Shown here: in pieces, positions 37,501-50,000 of the stretch
How positions within the stretch are numbered: the first letter of the stretch is position 1
Layout: each line of letters begins with the position of its first letter
Assembly: GCF_964355755.1 (NCBI RefSeq)
Contig: NC_092680.1
Location: forward strand, 5,456,001 to 5,520,000
DNA length: 64,000 nucleotides
From: Antedon mediterranea
Lineage: Eukaryota > Animalia > Echinodermata
Direction: 5' to 3'
Translations under genes and position numbers: made by a program
Notes under the pieces: generated by a model
Told to the model about the DNA's origin: nothing
The model's database searches: none
The model's input: only the letters and a program-made list of their open reading frames with translations

Positions 37501-40500
37501 TGAAATATTAAACTAATTGTAATTAATTTACAGTATTATATAAATTTATTTAAACAATTTAATATATAATATTTTCATTAAAATGTAGTTTCTGCTGTAA
37601 CCAAGGGTTTCAGTAAAGCACTTGGTCGTAGAATGTGTGACGGTGAACCTGATCGCCCAGACAAACAATACATTGGCTTGACCGATGGAGTACAGCGTGA
37701 TTTGCTTGTTGAGGTAAACGAAAACTAAACATAGGCCTACAAACAATTGCGTATATTTTGACAATCTGCACACGACTATCGGTACATGCTAGAATCGGCG
37801 TATAACAGCACATACCCAGCTGCCCATACCATAAAGCGTGCTTACCACTAACTGCGCATACACCAACTGCGCATACCATTAACTGCGCTTACCACTAACT
37901 GCGTATTCCACTAACTGCGCAAACCACTAATATTGAAACACATTGAATTCAAACTTATTTAGAAATTAAAACTTTGTGCGTATTTTTTGTTAGCCTGAAG
38001 GAATAGAAAGGGATGAAACGCAGTCATCAATTATATGTTTAAGCAGCAATGAAAAGAAAGAAAAAGCAAGCTATAAAGTAAACTTCCCTGAAAACATTGT
38101 ACCTGGATCGGACAGAGTGACATTACAATTAATTGGTAGGCCTATGTTCGTGTTTGTAACAAAAGGAAATTGCATTAGAAGGATTGCTATCATTATCTCA
38201 TCATCAGGAATGAAAATCGGACTTCTTCTGAAGGTCACCCCATATTGAACCCTAAAATCGATATAATATCCATGATACTTACATGCACCCAATCTCATTG
38301 ATTACAATGCCCACAATTTAGTATATACTCATTCTACGTAATATCCGCCTATGTTCTTTTCAATATAATGTAAAACGTTGGTGTAGGCTACACATAAATT
38401 CATTATAATGTATTCGATTTGAAAATGCTAATACGTTTGCGTGATACATATATTGTTTGTAGGAGATATAATGGGACCAGCTCTCAACAACATGAATCAT
38501 CTAATCCGGTTACCAACTGGTTGTGGAGAACAGAATATTGTAAAAATGGCGCCAAACGTGTACGTCTTAAAATATCTTATAAATACAGGTCAAATCGAGG
38601 CTCGGCTAAAACAAACGATAGTTAACAACATAAGAGCAGGTGAGTTAATGGTTTCAAATTAACCCTATTGTGTTTTTGTTTTGTTATTAAATGACATTTA
38701 CAACTACTCGATTCAAATACAATTATTCTGCAGCCAGCTGAAACATCATGCTAAGCCACAACCTTAATACAATGTCACGATTTTCCAGGCCTCCGAAAAC
38801 CAGGATAAAGTATGTGAAATCTGCATAACTTTGTTGAGCAATGTGGTCTATTTATAAGATATGCTTCTTTAATTTAAAGGTGTATTTTATTGAATTGAAA
38901 TGAGAGTGGTAGACAGAAAACAATTTTAAAATAATTTAATTTTAGGCTATCAACGAGAGCTGAATTATCGCAGACGAGATGGATCATATAGTGCTTTTGG
39001 CCAATCCGACTACGACGGTAGTACCTGGTAAGTTGTTGGAGAGCTCATTGACACCTTTAAGTTACATAAAGATGTATACAAAAAAAATAAACAAAAATAT
39101 GTAAATGTGTTCTTCTATAACCACAATTATTGCATACATGCAAACAAATATTTTTAAAAATGAGGTAGAGTAAGTAGATAAAAATGTTGAGTTATCAATG
39201 TTTCTTCATTTGGATTTTTCTTTAAAAATAACAATAATCATTATATCTATAGGTTAACAGTGTTCGTATTAAGAACGTTTGCAGAATCTGATGAATTCAT
39301 TGAAATAGATAGCAACCTAATGAGAGAGAGTCTTTCGTGGTTAATAAATCAACAAAACAAGAAAACAGGCTGCATCATGTCAAGAGGAACTCTATTTAAC
39401 AAGGCTATGAAGGTATGCCTAGGCCTATTTGACGTCTTACACAAACGAATGCATAAAGCAAAGTTGTTCAGAATATTTGGTAGAACTTTTAAACAGCTTT
39501 AAGCATAGGACATTCATTTCGTCCTCAATGTAATGACATCGACTTCAATATCTAGGCCTAGTTAGGGCGAATGATATTCAGTATAATACTCACTTTTTCT
39601 CATTTTTCGATAGGGTGGTGTTTCAGATGAAATAACGTTGACCGCATATACTTTGATAACAATGACTGAAGCTGTTGGCCGGAAGTTGGTAAATATTAGG
39701 TTTATTGTCTAAATAATTTATAAAAGAACATAATCCAAAGCATTCAAATAGGTAATTTTCTATATTTTCTTTCATTCTTATTTCTCAGAACAGAGGTATT
39801 GATCTGGCCAGTAAATGTCTTGTCAATCGATGGGATGACGTTGATTCGGGTATTCGGAATGACCCTTATTCGGTTGCATTGCTGGCGTACGCATTCAAAC
39901 TCTCTAAGAACGTCCGTTATCACGAAGTGCTTAGCCAATTAAATGAACTTGCAATTGAAGAAAGTAAGATTCAATATAATTATCCTTTAGGCCTAAATAA
40001 ATAATCTCTACAATTATTGCTTTGTCAATTTCAAAATAAATATAATAGTTAAACATTTACATTATTTTAACAGATGGATTGAAACACTGGGAACGTCCAG
40101 AAGGTCTAAGACCTAAGAACACATGTTATTACTGCCGAGCATCTTCAGCGGAGGTAGAAATGACTGCTTACGCTCTTCTAGCGCTTGATTTAGAAGTTGG
40201 CGCCGACCAAATAGAAGCATTAAAGATCTCTAAATGGCTTATTAAACAACAAAATGCCAATGGTGGATATTCGTCTACCCAGGTTTGTACAGTCATCACT
40301 TTATTGTTACTTAGGTAAAAGGTAAGGTTGAAACCTAAGCTAATGCTTACGGCCGTGGTGCCCATCTCCATTTCTTTAGCGTTTGGGCCAGACTCCACTA
40401 ATTGTGTAGGTTTGTGGGAGGTACGCCACTCCTCCCGCACAAACGAGTATGATTTACCTTCCCATTACTTACATACCGGTACCCATTTCTATCACCTGGG

Positions 40501-42824
40501 TGGGGAGGAACAATGTAGATAAAGAATCTTGCTCAAGGACCCAACACCGCAGTGCCCGGGCCGGGGCTTGAACCACCGGCAACCTATTAATTAAGTCCAA
40601 TGCACTAACCACTGCACCACAGTGCTCCACATATTGTTACTTAATTATGTCGTACCATTGCTAAAAACTAACTCAATAACTTTCTTTTACAATATATTTA
40701 ATCTAACAGGACACAGTGATTGCGTTAAAAGGACTGTCATATTTTTCCGAGGCACTTTACACAGGGGAAACGACCCAGATGAGTATCACAGCGACCTCGT
40801 CGGCTGGAGGTGAAACCGAAACATTTGAATTAGACTCCTCTAATCGCCTGTTACTTCAGAGAATGGATATAGAAAAAGCGCCAACAACGGTTGATATAGA
40901 GGCTTCCGGGACTGGGTGTGCTCTTATACAGGTATAAGACTGAATGTATATTATAAAAGAACAAACGAAAATAGAGAAACTCTGAACATTCTAGAAGTAA
41001 AATGAAAAGTGAAAATAAGTCACCTAGAAAGTTTCTAGAATCATATAGTATATACATATATATCCTAGGTTCAAACACTCTACAACATTTATGAAAAACC
41101 AGAAGTGGAAGTAGAACCATTCAGTATCAGTGTCGAATCAATCCCAGATGAAAAGCTGGGATGCCAAAAACAGACTGTCCGAATTACCGTATCGTAAGTT
41201 ATAATTTATAACAAAACAGTAACGCCAATAACATACACTGGATAAGAAAAATTATTCGCTGCGTCTCAGGATGCAGATAAAGCAATGATTATATGGTTGG
41301 TACACCTGGATACGCCACAAACAGCAAATACTACTGTAGCATAACCTAAAAGTAGATTTGGACACACAAAAAGATAATAATTATCTATAAAATTATCATA
41401 TTTTCTAATTGTTGATATTCAGTTCAATTTAATTCCACACAATACACAATAAAATAAATTTGACCCACCCCAAGATATAACATTACGAATACGAAAAGAA
41501 AACAAAATACATAAACTAATGATAAATAAAAGAAAACAAAGCTACAATTTCTATTTAAACCACTTGAAACCACTTCATATCTTGAAAGTAAATTGTTCTC
41601 GTATACTAATTTCAATTCGACAGGTACACTGGTGAAGACCAAGTATCCAGTATGTCTATTGTAGAGGTTAAGCTTGTTTCTGGATATTATGTGGATAAAG
41701 ATTCACTCAAAAGTCAGGACACACTATCGATAAGTCAGGAAGCAGTGCTTATTAAAACACTTGGATTCAAGAGATATGAAGCTAATGGTAACATGCTCGA
41801 GTTTTATTTTGATGAGGTAAGTCATTCAAATATAATTAATATACTGTATATTGTTTTAAATGTTGTGTGTTTTCTATGCCATATATTACTTAATAACGCA
41901 CATACACTTTTTATACATCTTCTGTATTATAGAATATTAGTTATTATTATTCCTCCTAAAGCTTGGTTCCCACTAGTGACGCAACGTTACGCAATCTACG
42001 CAACGTAAGCAAATGCCCTTCTAATAATTTGCCCCGCCTGCGTGAAATCAAACCTGCGATGTTTGCAGCCCTATTGCGTCATAGGTTCCCACTTCTGATT
42101 ACGCAATACATACATACACTTTGCGTTGCGTTCTAGTGGGAATCACGCTTTATAGGCATACAAATTGCCGATATATGAAATAATTTTTTTGTAAGCCTAC
42201 TCAGTTATGTAGAAGAAATAAAATTAATATTCGTTTCAATTTCAGTTTACCTCTGAACCAATAAGTTTTGAATTTGATGTGGTACAAGAATTAAAAGTAA
42301 AGAATTCTAAGCCTGGAATAGTAACCGTGTATGACTATTATGAAGCAGGTAGGACACCATTGTAACAATATTGTATTAAAACAAATATTTATATACATTC
42401 AACAAAAATGTATATTGTTGATCCATGTCATACATTCTTGTTATTCTCTCTATTTTTTTATTTTTTATTATCGCCAATTGTTTTCTTTGTTTTAAGGTGA
42501 CTAATCTATTTAAAAAAACATATTTTAAAAACATAAATATTCTCCTTCCATACGATTTAATTTATTTATATGTTTCATATTCTGTTTTAATGTGTGTGAG
42601 TTGTGCGGAGATTACATCTTAAAAACTAGCAACTTATCCTGCTTACTTACTACCATAGTAGGCGGAAATATAAAAATAAGAAAGATGCTGAATTTGATGT
42701 TGAGAAGAATGAGGAGAAAAAGAAGAAGATCGTGATGATATTGTATATACATTTAAGGGTATTTTGTTTACTTTGTCTTTTTACAGAATTGAAGTCTGTT
42801 AAATCCTACAAGTTTTGTCGGTAG
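28551..42824 (+). CDS. Alpha-2-macroglobulin-like thioester protein, copy 1 (multi-exon, secreted)
   Basis: Motifs [59 protein letters not shown], thioester PTGCGEQN (~38513), [33 protein letters not shown]; ends KSYKFCR* with no TM/GPI signal. Confidence 0.95.
28640..28800 (+). repeat. Coding 21-bp VNTR (TPTDTEA-type), roughly 7 units
   Basis: ACACCTACAGACACTGAAGCA variants in exon 1 of copy 1. Confidence 0.9.
31148..31280 (+). mobile_element. SINE fragment of the 17430 family, in an intron of copy 1 only
   Basis: GGTTATGATGCTTAGCTACCAATCCAAGGGTTCTGGGTCCAAGTCCTGTCAAATGTCAGGAT aligns by eye with 17445-17510. Confidence 0.6.
37810..37930. repeat. Intronic 16-bp minisatellite (CCACTAACTGCGCATA)n
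   Basis: Direct reading; paralogous array at ~55050-55180. Confidence 0.85.
40315..40628 (-). mobile_element. tRNA-derived SINE, apparently full length
   Basis: Minus strand GGAGCACTGTGGTGCAGTGGTTAG (A box)...GGTTCAAGCCCC (B box)...GTCCTTGAGCAAG...CCACCCAGGTGATAGAAATGGGTACC, with a CCTTAC-type tail. Confidence 0.8.
41960..42149. mobile_element. PIF/Harbinger-like MITE, second subfamily
   Basis: TIRs AGCTTGGTTCCCACTAG / CTAGTGGGAATCACGCT with TAA/TTA flanks; interior differs from the 11776 element. Confidence 0.75.
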
Positions 42825-43160
42825 TCACTTTACCACCAGTATATGAAAGATGCTACTAACCAGTAGATTAGTTAAAAACAAAATAATTGTTCAATAAAGT
42901 TTTCTATGATTAAATTTACAGTTAATCTTTGATGAGACTACTATCTTCCTCTTTTCTTTAATATTGTTAATTGTAACCCTTCGACATAATCGTAAAGTGG
43001 AAAATGATAGTTATAAAACAAAACGTTTCTAAACTAGTCCAGTTCTTTTTATGGTTGAACTTTTGAACAAAATTTAACTTATTTATTTTTGCTTGTATTT
43101 TTTTTACGTAACTGCAGCCTAACTTATTCGTATTTATATTTTGTTGATTGTGTCTATGGT

Positions 43161-43295
43161 TTTTTTTGGTCGCGTGGACGCGACTCAATAGTTCACTATG
43201 TCGGTCGGTCGGTCTCTCTGTCGGTCTGTCTGTCTGTCTGTCGGTCCGGTATCACTATGCGTTTTAGCACGCGACTTATGGCGGTTGGCCTTGTT
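43161..43295 (+). mobile_element. HINE/DINE-1-like element, short form
   Basis: T-run, GTCGCGTGGACGCGAC hairpin, (GTCT/GTCG)n, CACGCGAC, then GGCGGTTGGCC and TTGTT. Confidence 0.7.
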
Positions 43296-44082
43296 AATTG
43301 TGTGATACATATGCAATTCAGCCATGTGCTGCCATGTATGTACTTTTTATGTGAATTTTGAATAAATATACCAAGATGTGATGCCTATTACGTCATTAAA
43401 AATATCTAATAACAATGGAGGTGATCGATCCAATAGTATAGTGTATCTTACACTTATATTCTCATTGTATTGTAACACTTTTCATTCATTTATTAATTCA
43501 TTTGATCAAAATCACATACAACAAGTAACAGGTTCATGAATAAAACAGCATTAAAAACAACATATAAAACAATAAAAATATATGCAATAATTAAGATTAT
43601 ACATTTTGGAAATGATATAAATAATTAAGATATTTAAAACCGTATAAAACTATATGTTTACAATATTGAAATATTGGATGGAACATTTCCCTCTCCCAAA
43701 ACAAAACATTTCAGAAATACTTCTTCTATAATCTTTTCCCTATTTAAAAAAAATTGACTGAAATGAAACCTTTTAAAAGATAGAAATAATAAAAAAAGAA
43801 ATTGACTGTTTATTTTGGAAAGGAACTGAAGTCCCACTATGTAGGAGGTATATTAATTGTAGCATGAATTAGTACATAAAACAGTGTCGACTATAACTTT
43901 TAATAACATCCGATATGCAGACCTAGAATTTTTGGAGGTACCTTAAGGCTTACTCTGACGTAAATCTTCAACTACCGATTACTACCGCTGTGACCTTTTA
44001 ATTTGTCGGTAAGCCTATATAAAGCCACCTCAGAAAGTCATCACCCGTTGATTGGTATACAGTACTTGGATCCCGGTCAAAG

Positions 44083-47000
44083 ATGACTAGTTATCGCAAA
44101 CTTATCCTTTTAATGTGCATTTTACACGGCTTCTTTGAGGTACATTCAAATAATGAGACTGAAGCTAGATCTGCAGACACTGACACGGCACCTAAAGACA
44201 CTGAAGTAACACGTACATACACTGAAGCATCACCTACATACACTGACCCAAAACCTACAGATACTGAAGCAACACCTACAGGCACTGATTTAACACCTAC
44301 AGGCACTGATTTAACACCTACAGACATTAAAGCATCACCTACAGACACTTACTCAACACCTACAGACACTTACTCAACACCTACAGGCACTGAAGCAACA
44401 CCTACATACACTGAAGCATCACCTACGGACAGTGACCCAACATCTGCAGACACTGAAGCAACACCTACAAACACTGAATCAACACCTACAGACACTGAAG
44501 CAACACCTACAGACACTGAAGCAACACCTACAGACAATGAAGCAACACCTACAGACAATGAAGGAACACCTACATATACTGAAGCAACATCTACAGGCAC
44601 TGAATCAACAGGTACACATGAGGATGGTAAGACAAGTGATGTCAGTTCAAGTGATTATCCATACTCAAGTGATAAATCAAGCGAAGTTCAAAATGACGAA
44701 CATACCGAGTAAGTAATCATTGTTTTAGTTTTGTATTTTAATTCCCAAGCACAGTCGTCGCAGGCATACAGTAGGCCTATTACATGAAATAGTGCCTAAT
44801 TAATATTGAAGGTAACCGATATATAAACCACGGTAATAGATTAGTAATTTCATTTCGAATGCGGTTTTATTACGGACAAGCATACTAACGTTTTCATATA
44901 CCCTGTATCTGGCATGATGATTAAATTGTTATACAACACAGACTTGCCAGGCCTATACATTATAGATATTGGTGTTTTCTATGATTTTTAGAGGATATCT
45001 TATAACTACATCGCAACTATGGATATCAGACAGTATAGAAATTATATGCGTTGCGTATCTTAAAAAACCTACAAACGTTGAAATCAGAGTAGAGAACACG
45101 TACAGTGATTGGTGGTATCTTAGATTTTCCATGTATCATTCACAAACATTCCATGAAGGCGGAAGCGATTGTTTCGAAGTAAAGGTAAAAGGAAACATAT
45201 TCTTATTCTATATATTTCTTTATGTTTTTAAACGGATATAAAAATTGTGTACGCTTCATTACCAACACTAAGCAAGTGCTACGGCATGGCGATTTAGTAG
45301 TGGGGTGATGTTATACAGGAAGTAATCAAAGCACAGTGTACATAATTCCCACCTACAAGCAGCACTCGTATACATCCATGCTCTTGAGGCTACTCATTAA
45401 GCTAATAGCCTGGCAAAAGATTTTGTTATTTAGTTTATTTGATCATTGAATACTATGATAATGCTACTTATTAACTAAAATAATGTAGGTTCCTGAAATG
45501 TCAGCACGGTACAGGTTGTCGGTGACATTGAGTGCACTTATAACGACTGCTGACGCAGAGATTGAACGGCAGATGAAAATCCGCATCTATAGGGAACAAG
45601 TGGAAACATACATACAGACTGACAAACCAAAATACAGTGCTGGACAAGAAGGTAACATGCTAAATGTAACAAGATTGATAATTTCAAATGTTGCTGTACA
45701 TGGGGCCTACTAGCAATCTATTTTGAAAACAAAAAGTACACATTATTCAATACACATTATAGACATGTAAAATAATTAATTGATTAAGAATGAAAATGCT
45801 TCCTCTATCGTCTGATGATTGAACATATTGGTATCAACATTTGTATAGGAAAAAAGGTAAGTGTTATGTTTTTCTTCATTTTCAGTTAAATTTCGAATGT
45901 TGTCCATCAAATCACCGTCATTAAAGGTTGTGAAGAACAATGTAAGTATAAAATAAATGTGATATCATTGCACGAGTGGTTGATGCAATAGTTGTCTATG
46001 CAATATTTAATTGTGAAGTAGTATACCTATTATTTTCAAGACAAGGTCAGGGTTTAAATTAAATAAGTGGAGTAGAACTTTTAAGGGTATGCATTCAAAT
46101 CTCAATCAAGTGTCCTCTTTGTCCAAAATATGTGTCCAAAAGGAGAGGTTCTATTTTGCAGTACACTTTTCTTCAGAAAACATATATGACGATTAAAAAC
46201 ATTTTGAAGTGTTAGGAACCGGCAAGGTTATAAAAACGTCCAAATTCTTTACAACATCATAAATCTACAAATTTTCGGGCCATAGTTAGTTACTTTTTAT
46301 CAGATACCAACAATTTAGTAGATGTTTGACTGTATTTTTTGTGTTGAAGATACCAAGCATCTGGATTGAAGCTCCGAATGACATTCGAGTTAGGCAGTGG
46401 GTAGATGTGAAAGCAGACGAGGGTCTTGTTGATCTACAGATGCTATTGTCTGATGAACCAATACTAGGGACGTGGACAATAAAAGCAATGGTTGCCGACA
46501 GAACAGTCACACAAACATTCGTTGTAGAGGAATACGGTAGGTCCATCAGTTGGAAACATACGTCTAAAGTAGACATTATTAAATTTATCTTCCGATTCCA
46601 TCAATCCAAATGACAAAGACCAAGCCAAGCAAAAAAGCTTGCCACACTCCACATATTGGAGAGGCATCGTTATAAGCCATTACTTGAGTGAGACGAACAT
46701 TTGAGTCTTTGTTGTTCCATATGATTTATAAAAGAGTTTTTTTTTTCAGTTTTACCAAAGTTTGAAATTCTGATTGCTACACCCACATCTATTTACGTCC
46801 GTGATGAAACTTTTAAAGTCAAAGTTTGCGGAATGTGAGTATAAACACGTTTTCTTTGGAATAATCATTAAAACAAAAGTTCTTTAAAAAAAAATGTTAT
46901 TTATACTTTCTCAATATTTCTTCATAAAGTGTCATTACGGCACAAGAAACCCATATCAAATGACTAATTTTCAAAATTCAATAGTATACATACATATGTA

Positions 47001-50000
47001 CTGTGTACTAAAATCACAATAATATAATAGGTTTCAATATTTAAATGAGTCGATTCGGGATTCTTATTATTTACAGCACCAGCAGAATCAGACTCACTAT
47101 AGATATAATTGTATTTTATGATTTTTTTTTCTAATATCTTCAAATTTTAGAATTCGTCAATGAAGAAAATAATTAAATGTCATCTGGAGTATTTGGTATT
47201 ACTGTCAAATTTTCATATTATGGGCCGTATTGTTAAATTATTAAATACTTATTATAGGTATACATACGGACAACCCGTCAGAGGATCTGTAAATTTTACC
47301 GTTTGTTTTAGACATTCACGTGTCGAATGTAACCCAGAAACTACTGTAGTCAAATATGCTAAAGTAAGTAAAATCTTGCTCGAGTTAATTGTATACTCAA
47401 TATAGACCGGAACATTAAATTAGCGCCCCCTCTGTCACTCTATGTACAGTTTCTGTAGGTAATTCATTTATGATTTATTTTTAGGATACTGGTTCAGATG
47501 GATGTGGTGAATTTGATTTGACTTCAGAAGAACTTAAATGGGACAGACCTTATTACTATTATTATGAAAGACAAAAATTATCTGTCAATGCAAATTTTAC
47601 TGAAGCTGGAACCGGTATGTAATAATTATTACTCTGTAATTGGAACGTCTTTGTTGTTAATGAAACGCATGTTAAGCGTGGTTCTCACTAGTGACGCAAC
47701 GCAAGGACGTAACGCAACGCAAGTGAATTAACCAATCACAAGCAATGGCTTATTCGCTTGTGATTGCTAACTGTCTATAACTTCGCTTGTCATTGGTTAA
47801 AACGCTTGCGTTCCGTTTACGTCCTTGCGTTACGTTCTAGTGGGAACCAAGCTTGAGATTATTAAAGTGATACATTAACGTTTTGTATACATTTTCAGAC
47901 ATAACTTTGACCAGCTCATCGCTGTCAACAACTATTAAAACAACGGCAGTACAAATAGAGATAACAGGTCTAAGCTATTACAAGCCCGGCATTGAATACA
48001 ATGGAAAGGTAAAAGACAATTGAGAAAAATTGTTCACGCTCCATAAGGCCAATTATATTAAAGTTGCGGTAAAGGCAGTTCAGGAAACTTGGTTAAATTT
48101 GATGTGTTGAACATCCACGCAATTGCTACTTAGAAGGTTAAAATAATATTTAATATTTGTTATACTGTACCTATTTTGACCTAAAATAAAAATAGTGGAA
48201 AGGTAGTTCAAGGATTCTAGCCAAAGTATGAACACATGTGTATTTATGTACATAACATGAACTATACTATTCGATGCGTATTTTTTTTAAATACGCTATT
48301 TAAAGATGTATTGTCCCCTTAAAAAAATATTTAGAACACAATTTTTTGTTGAATATGCCATTTTAATATAACATAATAGTTATCCACTTTGACCAAAAAT
48401 TGGATCGAAAAAAAAATGTATTTACCTGAAAAAAACTGTAATTTAAAGCAAAATTTGTCAAATTGGCCAGCTAATGGATTTTTGTTTGAATTTAACCATT
48501 TATTTTGGCATTTTAGAAGTAAAAACATTTTTTGTTCACGTTTTTTTTAAAGGAAGTGATAACTTCATTAAAACTACAGAATAACACATTAAAAGTCTGA
48601 TTTAATTAATCTTCATTGTTCATGTTTTCTTTAAGTGTATTGGATGTTTCAAATAGGCTATTTAAATAAGGATTTTAAACTTTGATATAGTACCGTATGG
48701 TTTCTATTTAATTCATTCCTTCATTCATCCTTTATTTAGCATTTAAAATCGAAATACATTTAAAACAAAGGTAACAAAAACAAGGCAGGTGGACATCTAA
48801 GGAGGCAAGGATAAGCAGTAGCAATTAAAATCGCTGTAGCTCGCAGGCTTACTTATCCATCCTTAGACATCCAGTACATAAAGATAAATAAAATACACAT
48901 TAATGATCCAAATATAAATAAATTCTAATTAAGTGACAATGTATTAAAACCGTTTAAGAATCAGTTCTCATTTTTTTTTTCAATTTTTGATTTTGAAAAT
49001 ATCCTATTTTGATTTCACAGGTCTTTATAAAGAATGTGGATGGAAGTCCAGCTAATGGTATTAATACAACAATACATATACAGGAAAAACGCGAATCTGA
49101 CGTAATCCATGTATTCAACAGCTTCTCGAATAAAGGAGTTGTAACATTTAGTTTTGATGCGCCTATTGATACGGCTATTACTTCTCTGCTAATTACGGTA
49201 ATTACAACCAGGAAAGAATGAAATTCCCTGTTATAACATCATTCGATGATATTAATTTTTATTCTTATTCATTATTAATTATTATTATCTGTCGCTATCG
49301 ATATTCAACAATAGATATAAGATATCATTTTTGTAGCTTTTGTTTTAAATCTATTATGATGTTTTGGAAAATAGCAGTTTGTCGTAGGGTTGGTGGAAAG
49401 AGATGTGTTACTTTATAACGTTATAACGTTGATTGTTATCTTGGTAATGCTCGCCTATGAACGCCTATCACCCTTTTTATTGGAGCACTACGTATATTCT
49501 AGGTAACAGCAGAAGGATATAAAACACAAACCTACGAAGATGTCTATGGGTATTATAGAATTAGAAACAACCCATCTAATACAAAGACAATTTCTGCCTT
49601 CTATTCGCCTAGTGGAAGTTTCCTGAACATCAAGCCAGTGCCAAATGAAATCAACTTTGGCGGTAGTCATACTTTTGATGTTGATTACACCATTCCGACT
49701 GGCGCTAACAAAACAATCAATGTTAAGTATATGGTAAGTGTTAATATAGTGTACTAGTTACTGTAAAATGTATAAAGGTTCGTGGAATCCTTGTATGTAC
49801 TTTAAAAACTGGCGGTAATAATCTCATTAATTTTAAAATGTATTCATTTTTCGACAAATGTATTTGATAAATTTAAACTCTATACAATAATTAATGTTTA
49901 TTGAATATAACTAGGTCATTGCTAGAGCTGCTGTAGCAACATTTGGCAGTTTAGAGGTGAAGATGCCTTCTTGTTCTCGTCAAGAGAAAAGATCTCTTCA

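Noticed and set aside
40555-40628. tRNA gene (also ~17435 and ~52052)
   Set aside because: No complete cloverleaf; the A/B boxes run into SINE body sequence.
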